A stretch of 64,000 nt of DNA from Paramoeba atlantica (lineage: Eukaryota > Protista > Discosea): positions 806,001 through 870,000 of the forward strand of contig CDRNVI010000030.1 in assembly GCA_977017575.1 (NCBI GenBank), given 5' to 3'. Shown here piece after piece: positions 1 through 9,505 of this stretch; within the stretch, counting starts at the first letter, position 1, and every line of letters starts with the position of its first letter. Under the pieces are notes generated by a model. It was not told the origin of the DNA and searched no databases. It was given only the letters and a program-made list of their open reading frames with translations. The translations under genes and the position numbers were made by a program.

Positions 1-509
1 CAAATTATTAATATTATTAATAATTCAATATGCATTTACACGAGGGGCTGCGAGTGACACATGAGGAGCCCCTCGCACGTAGACATATGGTCGGCGTCAT
101 TTGCAGCAGTATGATGGCAGCACCAGGGAAGACAACGAGAAAAGCTCATTTTCGTTGCGACACATCATACAAATACAGAGTTTGGTATTTCCCGGCCCTC
201 GATATCAGCACTCCACAAGGGGTTGTTGTTGGTACAGCACATTTACCTGCGTCAGGCGTAGGCTCCTACTTCCCGCGTAGGTTGAGGTGCATATAGTGAT
301 GCTCGAAGCATTAGCATCGACTCCATAAGGAGATCCCCATCAATGCTCCTTTTCGGCATGAAAATATTGTTTGATACAAAATTAAGGGCGAGAAATTTGA
401 GTGTAAAAGCCCAATAATAATTTATTAATAATTTATTAATAATAATTATTATTACCGAACTGAATTATTAATAATCCTGCAGCTATGCATTCTGATCCTT
501 ACGAAATGA

Positions 510-1343
510 CTAGAGTTTCACATTCTCTGGAACATTCCCTTCTACACGTAGCTCCGCGTTCCTCGAGATATCCAAATGCATTAAGTGTGGGAGATTCAAT
601 GGAAACACTACACAGCCTACGAAACAATTTTCACCCAGAATCAGTGTTCGCAGAGAAGGAGGCAAGCCACTAAAATCCAAGTTCCCCGAAAAACGGTTTT
701 TACTAAGAGAGAGCTCTTGCAGTTCAATGGGTAGATGATTCAACTGTATCGGACCGGTGAAAGCATTATTATCCAAGTAAACCCACTGCGCGAATGGTGG
801 AAGTGTTGAAAGCAACAGTTCATCGGAGAACTCATTCTGTGATGCCTGTATCTCTCTCAAATACCGCGGAAGTCCATTCAGTATCAGTGGCCCGTTTAAT
901 CTATTGGCGCGTACACTCAATCTTTTCAACCATGGAGGAAGCCCGGCGACGTGCAAGGGTCCCGTAAACAAATTCTCATCCAAGAGAAGACTCTGTAGCA
1001 TCCGTGGGAGACATTCCGTGACAACGGGCCCTTGTAATTTATTTCCGCGTACAGTTTCTGTGCCCAGACTGAGCAACGTGAGTGTCTCAGGCAGGAACCT
1101 CCACTCAGGGACACCGCGAAGACTTCGGCCCTGCCACTGGATTTTGTTTACCTCTTCCTGCTCGTCCAGCGAACAGCTTACACCGTCCCACGAACAGGCA
1201 TGGGTGTGGATCTGCCACGTGGCATGTCGCGGGGTGATATGCTCTAGAAACCGATCCAACTGGTATTGAGGGGGGAGAGTGGCGGTTCGTATTCGGGCTC
1301 GTCGGGTGGGATCCGACGCGAGGGCCGTGTAGGCATGCGGCAT
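510..1343 (-). CDS. Small LRR family protein (LRRNT-like CxWxGVxC cap plus 23-aa repeats)
   Basis: 277-aa ORF; CSWDGVSC cap; repeats of LPxxLxxLxLxxNxFxGxL. Confidence 0.85.
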   Translation of the reverse strand: MPHAYTALASDPTRRARIRTATLPPQYQLDRFLEHITPRHATWQIHTHACSWDGVSCSLDEQEEVNKIQWQGRSLRGVPEWRFLPETLTLLSLGTETVRGNKLQGPVVTECLPRMLQSLLLDENLFTGPLHVAGLPPWLKRLSVRANRLNGPLILNGLPRYLREIQASQNEFSDELLLSTLPPFAQWVYLDNNAFTGPIQLNHLPIELQELSLSKNRFSGNLDFSGLPPSLRTLILGENCFVGCVVFPLNLPHLMHLDISRNAELRVEGNVPENVKL

Positions 1344-1513
1344 AATAAGTAAGAAAAACAGTTAAATCTTGCACCATAATTGCTTCGGTTCTACGGAACA
1401 CGAATAAATGCATCGGTTGCATGTTACATTAAATCATTACATAATGTAAAGATTTTTTATTATTCCATAGTTCGTACAGTATCTTTAACTGGATAGGGAT
1501 TCATTAAAATCGA

Positions 1514-1602
1514 TACTGCCCCCCCCGTTTAAGGGCACCTGATGCTTCGCAAAAAGCAAACTTAAGTGGGGAGAGCTTCCCGGGGGCGCTTAAAATTTAG
1601 TA
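1514..1602. mobile_element. Degenerate MITE of the TA-CTGT(C)n TIR family
   Basis: TACTGCCCCCCCCGTTTAAGGGCACC resembles the left end at 25899; degenerate inverted GGGGGCGCTTAAA downstream. Confidence 0.4.
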
Positions 1603-1696
1603 CGCGCGGGACAAAGTACTCCCCGTCTAATGTAAAAGGGGAACGCAAAATCAATAAACACATTCATGCAGCATATCTAGGTTCAACTCAGAAGTC

Positions 1697-2509
1697 TCAT
1701 GGAAGTTGCGCGCCCCAATGAATTCCATGAGGCACAGCTCCAGGAGGGGTATATCCCGAAAAATTATTCATTCCAAGGTGAACTCTTAGAAAACGTGGGT
1801 CCAATCGTTTTCCACCCTTACGTTTTACACGGGGCGGTGATGGACCGTACTCGCTAAGATCCCCTGAGTTCCTTACATGCATCCAACTGAAATCCACTGT
1901 ACCATGAAAAAAATTGCGCTGTAGGTCGAGTCGACGCAACTTTTTCGGGAGTCTTTCCGTCAATTCGATATTACCAGTCAAAAAATTAGAAGACAAGTTG
2001 ACAAAAACCATATTTGTCGGCAAAGTATTTAGGTCAATGGCTCCGCCAAATTGATTATTAGACAAGTCTATGTAGTTCATATGAGGGGGAAGCGAGTTTA
2101 ACGCAATTGGCCCATTGTGTTGGTTGTTTCTGATATCTAAATTTTGCAATTCTGAGGGGAGAAATGTAAGATCAATACCACCTCCAAGCTCTTGATCAGG
2201 AACAGAGATAAGTTGTACGGTTTGGGGGAGATAAGTCCAGGAAAGATTACCCTGCATGGTATAATGCGGAAAATAACCCCATTCCAGAGAGCGCACTACT
2301 TGATTCTCATCACATGTTGTTCCTTTCCACGTACAGGGTGAAACGTTCAGAGTGCGGAAGAAGCTACGTTTTTTCAATCGCCATGTTGGGTGACGACACT
2401 TCAAGTTTTCCGTGAATTGCCATAGCGCAGCCTCTTGCGGAAGTAGAGACGCATCGACACGTCCGCGACGTACATCAGAGCCATCGTCAAGACTTCTCAC
2501 AAACAACAT
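1697..2509 (-). CDS. Small LRR family protein
   Basis: 270-aa ORF; CTWKGTTC cap; LRR repeats; close paralog remnants at 5213 and 11490. Confidence 0.85.
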   Translation of the reverse strand: MLFVRSLDDGSDVRRGRVDASLLPQEAALWQFTENLKCRHPTWRLKKRSFFRTLNVSPCTWKGTTCDENQVVRSLEWGYFPHYTMQGNLSWTYLPQTVQLISVPDQELGGGIDLTFLPSELQNLDIRNNQHNGPIALNSLPPHMNYIDLSNNQFGGAIDLNTLPTNMVFVNLSSNFLTGNIELTERLPKKLRRLDLQRNFFHGTVDFSWMHVRNSGDLSEYGPSPPRVKRKGGKRLDPRFLRVHLGMNNFSGYTPPGAVPHGIHWGAQLP

Positions 2510-2676
2510 AGAAACGTTATTTCACGAAGGAAAGATGTCAATGTTGGCTAAGAGTGAAGTGTTCATTGAAAAAAATGGAAATTTTGCCTTAATTTAATTA
2601 AAGCAAAATGAATTTACTCTTGTTCTGTTTCTTGGTTGAAGCAATACAGTTTCTGTATTGCTCTGTGGTTTGAAGC

Positions 2677-2705
2677 AAGATACAGTTTCTGCACCTTGTT
2701 GGTAC
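2677..2705 (+). other. Spliced leader (mini-exon) 3' part plus splice-donor-like GTAC
   Basis: Matches the kinetoplastid SL core GATACAGTTTCTGTAC-N4-TTG|GTA with conserved spacing and one T>C change in the core. Confidence 0.75.
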
Positions 2706-3245
2706 TTTTTCCTTAGTTAATCCTTTCTTTCCCCGTCAACGGGTATACTCTTACTGTATTTTTATGCCCGTTGACGGCCGGCACTAAGGTCGGAACTGTC
2801 CCTCTTGTCGCTGAAGCAGGGGACGCGCCTTCACCCCTCCCCGACTCACTCCCCTGGAGTGAGTGTGCTTCCCCTTCTTGGCTTTCTGCGACTTTTTTCC
2901 TCTCCGAGAGGGCTATGCGTCACGGTGGCCTCCCTTGAGGACCACTAGACGTGTCCTCCGCCGACGAGACTCGGCTCTCTGCACCTGGCGGTCGCCCAGC
3001 TCTCCGCACCTCGGCTCTGTCGCAGCTCTCTGCACCCGGATTGCCCCCGAAACTGTAATATGGGGATTACGCATCCGGCTCTCTGCACCTGCATATGACA
3101 ACCGAGCTCTCTGCACCTGGGACGCCAGCTCTCCGCACCCGTACACCTCCGGCGAGGACGAAACCTCACATGATCCACCCGTCGTATGCGGGATAAGGAA
3201 ACAAACAACACAATAAAACAAACAACATAAAACAAACAACACAAG
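2677..3245 (+). mobile_element. Spliced-leader-headed non-coding retroposon-like element, copy E1
   Basis: Starts AAGATACAGTTTCTGCACCTTGTTG|GTAC; about 300 nt colinear with 11831-12328(-); ends in an (AAAC/ACA)-rich tail; possible CAAGAT duplication at 2676-2681 and 3242-3247. Confidence 0.75.
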
Positions 3246-3376
3246 ATCTTATGAATATAAAATTTCCTAATCCGAACCTAAGAGAATGGTATCGTTTTAG
3301 AAACTAACCCACTCACTACATTGGGCACTAGGAAAGAATATTCAAATTTCTAGTTGTGCACGACTTGCTATTCAAT

Positions 3377-4213
3377 TCAATACGTCTCTTGCAGTATGAG
3401 CTTCAGAAATGCAAGTAGATCCTCCTCCTCAACGGGACACGTGCTGTGATCCAAACCTTGATAGCTCTGAAACTTTACGGCTTTTAGACCATACGTCTGA
3501 CGCAGCTCCGTGACAGAGGCCGTACTCCAGGCAAGAGGAATCACACCATCACAAGTGCCGTGCGCAATCCATACGGGTGTGTCACAAACAGATGAGGGCA
3601 TCGGGAGAACCCGACCCATTTCCTTCGCGAACGGAGCAACTGCCGCACGCCCCGCAAGGTACCCGCTAAGTGCCACAACCCCAGCAAGCGGAGGAGAGGA
3701 CGTTAATAGGGTAAACAAACTCAACGCGGCGCCCTGACTAAACCCCCCAAGCACAATCTTCGGCGGGCCCTCTCCAGATTTCGCCCGTACGGCGGCCTCG
3801 CGTTCGACCAAATCGGTTAGGTATAACGAGGAGAGGGTGAGGGATTCAACATCCTCACGAGCGCTCACGTCCAGCCCATGGATGTCGTACCATGCAGGCA
3901 TGATGGCACCCCCGTTGAGTGTGACCGCCCGCGAGGGGGCCGTGGGGCAAACGAACCGCACATGGGGGAGGGAGAGACTGAGTTGTCGCATGAAGGGCGT
4001 CCACCCCGCGCCCGTGTCGCCGAGACCATGGGCAAAGATAAACGTAGCGCGGTGGGAGTCGGTGGGCTCCACAACGTGTGGGGTACCAAAGTGGGTTGTG
4101 AAGCCTTCGCGCACCCGGGAGCGGAGTTCGCTTTTTTCTACACACCCGGCGGAGGTTAGATTCATCGCGTGCAGCAGGGCTTGTAAACGAGCCGTGCTTA
4201 AAGTCTGAAGCAT
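3377..4213 (-). CDS. LYPLA1: Acyl-protein thioesterase / lysophospholipase (alpha/beta hydrolase) with short N-terminal HeH-like extension
   Basis: HGLGD, MPAWYDI, GFSQG nucleophile elbow, HGTCDGVIP, terminal H. Confidence 0.9.
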   Translation of the reverse strand: MLQTLSTARLQALLHAMNLTSAGCVEKSELRSRVREGFTTHFGTPHVVEPTDSHRATFIFAHGLGDTGAGWTPFMRQLSLSLPHVRFVCPTAPSRAVTLNGGAIMPAWYDIHGLDVSAREDVESLTLSSLYLTDLVEREAAVRAKSGEGPPKIVLGGFSQGAALSLFTLLTSSPPLAGVVALSGYLAGRAAVAPFAKEMGRVLPMPSSVCDTPVWIAHGTCDGVIPLAWSTASVTELRQTYGLKAVKFQSYQGLDHSTCPVEEEDLLAFLKLILQETY

Positions 4214-4507
4214 GGAAGAAAGAAAGCGGGGAAATGGCTATGAAGTACGCGGAAACACGTTTCCAAAGAAATCGAATAAAAATCCACCTAGGCTTGACTA
4301 AAAAAGTTGTGCCGCACCCTATTATAAAACAAACAATGCGTTTATCAAAGAGATAGGATATATTTGGGTAAACATGTCATGTTTCGGCGCAGCTGTAAAT
4401 TGTAAAAATGGCCTAGCAGCTTTAAACTGATTGTATGATAGACAAGTATTATAGACAACTCATTCTACTCAACAGTAAGATAACAAATACTTGGTGCAAG
4501 TTTGATG

Positions 4508-4945
4508 TCATTTACTCATTGTGCTCAAAAGTGCTATTTCCCAAATCGAAGCCGTTCTACTAAGATTGAGACGAGATTGGGTAATAGTTCTAATTTTACT
4601 TGTCAAAAGTAGAGCATCTCTGTCATCTGCGATTTTCTTGCAGACATTTAAAGCGCCAATCATGAGACGATATACGTCGGTATCGTTTCGCAAAAAAATC
4701 GCGATGAGAAAATGCACCAGCGAACGTCGAAAAAATCCCAGTGATAAAAACAACTCTGCGGAGTATCCGTGATAGTGCGCATTGTAGGGCTGATGTAAGA
4801 TCAACAATTCCATATCAGCAATAGTCTTCATGCGTTTTAGTGACAAATCGGACAACAACAGCTGAATATCGTGCGCTGTGCTCATCTCAATCATATTTTC
4901 AGCGAGTTCCAAATGTTGAGATCGCTTTATCTTTGCTGCAAGCAT
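4508..4945 (-). CDS. Hypothetical helical (TPR-like) protein
   Basis: 145-aa ATG ORF co-oriented with the cluster; amphipathic helical pattern. Confidence 0.5.
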   Translation of the reverse strand: MLAAKIKRSQHLELAENMIEMSTAHDIQLLLSDLSLKRMKTIADMELLILHQPYNAHYHGYSAELFLSLGFFRRSLVHFLIAIFLRNDTDVYRLMIGALNVCKKIADDRDALLLTSKIRTITQSRLNLSRTASIWEIALLSTMSK

Positions 4946-5212
4946 TTTTTTTGTACGCAGTAACCGTAGTCACAGTGTTGAAGACTAAATTAAAAACATC
5001 AGCATTTGTTTTGTTTTGTTTTGTGAATATGAGGTCCGGAGACAAGGGCTATGTAGCACCTTCGATGAATATTCATCAAAAGTGCGGCACCTTCAATGAA
5101 CGCTCATCGAAGGTACTACGTACCCACAAGAAAAAATGACGTAAATGGACGCGTTATTTTAAAGGCAAAAATTATGTGGAATTTACTGTTTCCACATTCA
5201 AATCAGAAGTTA

Positions 5213-5476
5213 CTAAAAATCTGAACAATAAAAAATCCTGGGAAAAATCCCAGGAGGTGCGTATCCCGTAAAATTATTCCTTCCAAGATAAGCATTTAGA
5301 AGACGTGGGTCCAATCCATTTCCACACTTACGCTTTTCAGGGGGCGGCGATGAACCGCACTCGCTAAGATTCTCTCCATTCCTTTCATGTATCCAACTCA
5401 GATTCACGATTCCACAAAAATCATTACGCTGTAGGTCGAGTCGACGCAGCGGTTTTGGGAGGTTACCGGTGAATTT
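5213..5476 (-). pseudogene. 3' fragment of the 1697-2509 LRR paralog
   Basis: LRRLDLQRNDFCG...SPPPEKRKCG...LDPRLL...NNFTGYAPPG aligns to the C-terminus of 1697-2509; 5' part replaced at a (TTC)n tract. Confidence 0.85.
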
Positions 5477-5646
5477 CGTTGAGTTTCCTCTTCTTCTTCT
5501 TCTTCGTTGAGTACTCAACGAACGGGATTCCGATTTCTGAAGTCATAAGAACTGCGGAGTGCGCGCACTGAACCTACCATGTATGTCTGCCACTTCCGCA
5601 GGATCGTGTATTATATTTTTTGTCTATAAAATATCTCCATTTTTCC

Positions 5647-6180
5647 TTACGATAAAATTACATTTCTTTTGGTATCTCTCTCCCGCCAGAAGATCAAAAT
5701 GAACAAGACCGGCGCTCTCCTGAAATTAATGAGGCCGAGCGACTCATGACGGTATTCAATGACGCCTTTGATCGTATTGCAGAACGTGTTCCACATGAGC
5801 GGCGTTCCACAGAGTTTGGCGAAATTTGCGTGCCAGACGACTTTGTACCGGATTTGTTTGTGTTCGGGGGTGGCGAAGCATTGGCTGCATTCAACAAGGG
5901 GAGGATGCGGTAACCTGGATGAGATCACATGGCCTGTTTGAAGATGCCGTGTATTACTTCCATGAGACGGATTATCTCCGAGATATGCCAGGAAAGCCTG
6001 ACATGATGGTTTGCCACCACCGTCTCCCGAATGAAAGAAACCCACTCGAATATTCTTGACACCTGCCATGCTCCTTCTTCTTTGGGCAGACGCCGCGAAC
6101 CATTTATATACTAGACAGATTTGCCAGAACCGTGGAGTGCAACGGAAGGTGATGCAGAAAATTATTCGAGCGCTTGGCAA
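5647..6180 (-). CDS. Hypothetical protein (likely ATG near 6070)
   Basis: ORF co-oriented with the cluster; no recognisable motif. Confidence 0.35.
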   Translation of the reverse strand: MPSARIIFCITFRCTPRFWQICLVYKWFAASAQRRRSMAGVKNIRVGFFHSGDGGGKPSCQAFLAYLGDNPSHGSNTRHLQTGHVISSRLPHPPLVECSQCFATPEHKQIRYKVVWHANFAKLCGTPLMWNTFCNTIKGVIEYRHESLGLINFRRAPVLFILIFWRERDTKRNVILS

Positions 6181-6527
6181 CGCAGCCTTGCATCAGGAGT
6201 CTTCGACCTACAAATTTGCCCAGGATGCAGGTTGACAAGACATTTATTGGGAAATGGAAGTACAACCGTGGGAACGTTCTATTGCTTCACCCTTAATGGA
6301 CCAAAATGGTTCAAATACTTAGAGGGGTGAAACCTGCTCGGTTCTAGCGTGTTCGCCCGTGTTCGGTCGAGTTAAAAGTTCGGACACTTAAGTTGTGGAG
6401 AATATGCAGTTTCTTTCTAATCTTTTATTTTGTATTTTGTAATTGTATAGCGTAATTTGACTACCAAAAAATACATATTTTAATAGCAATTTTTTGTTTC
6501 GTACCTAGTTTTTCGGGCTCACTTTGA

Positions 6528-7050
6528 ATGGAACACGATTTGCCCCCCGATCAAAACGTTTACATCGAAGACGTCTACGGAAATCCTTCCTCGGACACTT
6601 ATGAACGCCTTCGTAAGTGGGTGCGCCACCAGATGAAAGAAACCTTCTTGATACCACTAACCCGTAAGGAAATAGTGGATATCAAATTTGCGGGACTGAG
6701 CGCGGCCGAAAAAAATAGCATAAAATATGCTGAGAAGCGTATGCCACCTGCGGATCTCCCAGATCGTATAGAATCTTGTTCAAGACATGGCGCATACTGG
6801 TGTGACGCGTTCTTTGTGTGGAGTGCCCATCGACGAGCGTATATTATTGGAAGCTCTGGTCTTGTTAACTCAATCTCGTGATACGGGATTATTGTTCTTC
6901 AATGATGCTGAGCGCTCAATGCTCAACGGGGTAAAGGAAGAAGAAATGCCAGCTTATTGGCAGTGGAAAAGCTCGTGCGGGAAATCATTTCCCTGCCGGG
7001 TAAATGGGTAATTACCCACGTGGTGGTAAACGCGGGTAATTTACCCGGGT
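6528..7050 (+). pseudogene. Degenerate plus-strand ORF, probably transposon cargo
   Basis: 117-aa ORF continuing through stops; orientation opposite to host genes; flanked by GTTCG and GGGTA/TACCC clusters. Confidence 0.3.
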
Positions 7051-7387
7051 CATTGACCCATTTACCCGCTTTCACCCAGATTTACCAACCAACCATACGA
7101 TCCCGTACTAGAATAAAGCTCGATGACTGTGCCAACTTTGCTGAGCAAGTTGTCGCTACAGAAACAGTATCTCAATCCATAGAAGGAAAAATCCGTCTTT
7201 CATTCGGTTTCCCCCCTTTCCTATCCCCTAAACCAAACAATTTTTTTTAATTTTTTTAATTTTTTTTAATTTTTTTCTTGACCTGGCGGGCTAATCCCCG
7301 CTTCATACAGTACTAATACTATACTGTATAGTAATCACTGTACTAAAATCAAATACAACTACTGCGTACAATCCACATAATGTTAAG

Positions 7388-9505
7388 TCAGTTATGTTCT
7401 GTATCTGACAATGATTCAAGCTCACTATCATTTTCCAGCGAATCAGAATCACCTTGAGTCATATATCCTAGCTTGTCGCAATTTCCTCGCACGAATATCT
7501 GGTGCGATACAACATCGGGAGTAAGGGAGGCCTGGCGTGAGCTATACATATATCCAAGCACGGAAAGCCAGGAGTCGCACTTGTTGACCAGGGGTGGCGT
7601 CCAAACGTAGTGTACGGCAGCTTCGTAAATCGCTGGGAACATTTCACACCCAGGACCACACCACCATTCGTACTCGTTGCTGAACTTAGACGGATCCCAA
7701 CTGAAATCGAGGCATGCTAAGTATTTTTCCCACTCATCGGATGAAATACGAAAGATCGGCTGCTCGGCCGACGGACCGTCCGCATTTTTGTCAAAAACAT
7801 TATTTGCTCGAGCTACCGAGATGGGGAGAAGACCACAAGGACGAGCGAACTGAACGATCCATCCGGGACGGAACCAGAGAACATCGTTCCAAAAGCGCAT
7901 ATTATGATTTTTTTGTAGACGAGTCTTGTGATAAAGAAGTGCTTCTCGCATTCGCGAGGGCGCTTTGTCACTTTCGCTATGTTCGAACAAGAGCTGCAGC
8001 GTAGTTCCGACATGAGTTGCCATCGGTTTCCCCAACATGTCTGAAAATTTGTTCAATGCTGAATGCAAAACGCTGCATTGTTCAAGAAATGTAAAGCAGC
8101 TTGCTTTAATTTCCAAAGCTCCGTACCGGTCCAGCAAACGCTTACACTTAATAATGGACTTTGACGCCCGTGCCTTTTCACTTTCGCTGTACACAAATGC
8201 CGATACTGTGTCCATATTCTTCGCCAAAAATTGCATACATGTAAACTTATCCTGACACCAGCGCGTCACACCTCCGAGCTTCGGAGTTTCGACACCCTCA
8301 GTTTCACGCGCTACTTGCAAAGCACTAATCAATTTCGGTCCCTGAGCAAGAAGCTGGCGATGCTTCTCGTACCATGACGTGACATTGCATGACAGTGTGG
8401 CAATTAGAGAATTGGACATGTCCGGAGATACCTCCTTCAGCTTTTCGAGGCATCCGATTAGAGTAGATTGTAGTTGTTGACGGCAGAAAACTGGGGCATC
8501 CTCCCCAAGGCCATGGTACGATTGACGGAAGGTTTCTTCCGCCTTCAGAACTCCCTGATCGAAGCGAGCCAGAGCGAGATCCAGAGCAACTCCCTTGTAT
8601 TTCCCTTTTGCTGCACTCGCTCGTCCTCCTGAATAAAAGGACTGACTGAACGCTTTTTTGAAAAGAAAGCACGGTGACTCTTCGTAGGGCTTCAAGGTCG
8701 TTTGGCAAATGTTATTCAGCATATGACCTATGCAAGACAGGAGTATTATCGAAGGGACACGAGAAGATATGCCTTGCTGAAGTGCTGCAGTGTCACTCTC
8801 CCCAATCGGGGAAATTTGGTCATATATGCGTTTGAGAGCTCCTTCGCAATTGTTACGTGCCACGTGATTCACAGAACTTCCGTCCGCGATCATGAATTTT
8901 AGCTTTAAAAGTCGGTGCTCACCAAGATTCGCCTGAAGAGTAAACACTAGTTGTTCGGCTACTGTTTTTCCATCAAAAGCACGATGACTAGGAGAATAAA
9001 TGGGAGGTAAGACGTATTCTTCAGGGCCTACATATAAGACGGACAATAAAATGTGCTCAGACTTTGCTCGGTCGATTCCTGCATCAACGGCAATTCCGTA
9101 CACCATGTGTAAGTCAATGGCAGCGCAAAGCTTCTCCCAGACTTCGTGGGCTAAAATTTCACAGTGTTGATGCCACTTCTTCAAATTTGTTTCCGGAATA
9201 GCCTCTTTGATAACATTCGGTGGAAGGTCGGGGCGGAGATCCTCATACTTGCGAATCAGCCAAACGAATTTACTCGACGGAAGGTTTGTTAGGGTTTGTA
9301 GACATGGGAGCACCTTCCCAGTGAATCTTTGAACGGCCGCTCTCTGAATAAACGAAACCTGCGCAGTCGCCAAGCGAGCTCGCTCCACGCCCTCACGATA
9401 CTTGCGTACATGCTTATGATAGACGTTTTTAAATCGGCAATGAGATTGAAACGTGCTATATAATAATAACGTGCTATACGCTTTCACCGGATACAACCCC
9501 GACAT
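7388..9505 (-). mobile_element. hAT-like transposase, uninterrupted 705-aa ORF
   Basis: GIAVDAG (D1), IADGSSVN (D2), CIGH (CxxH), VTRW, C-terminal FPAIYEAA...PPLVNKCDSWLS resembling the hAT dimerisation motif. Confidence 0.7.

Noticed and set aside
1030-1041. TACAGTTTCTGT, SL-like 12-mer
   Set aside because: It is the antisense of codons T-E-T-V in an intact LRR gene, with no downstream TTG|GTA.
2915-2955. HDV-like ribozyme / ingi-L1Tc 77-nt signature in hairpin H4
   Set aside because: The blocks resemble the signature only in swapped order, and the nested double-pseudoknot topology cannot be built.
2973-3140. CRISPR-like repeat-spacer array
   Set aside because: Repeats are only 14 nt, spacers are 8-39 nt and irregular, the context is eukaryotic, and there are no cas genes.
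3145-3175. Hammerhead ribozyme (GAGGACGAAAC)
   Set aside because: No CUGANGA core upstream and not conserved in E2.
7157-7172. AGATACTGTTTCTGTA on the minus strand (15/16 to the SL core)
   Set aside because: No exon end, donor or element body follows; it also reads T-E-T-V on the other strand.
6323-7217. 12-bp imperfect inverted repeat as hAT TIRs
   Set aside because: No 8-bp TSD; the low-complexity match could be chance.
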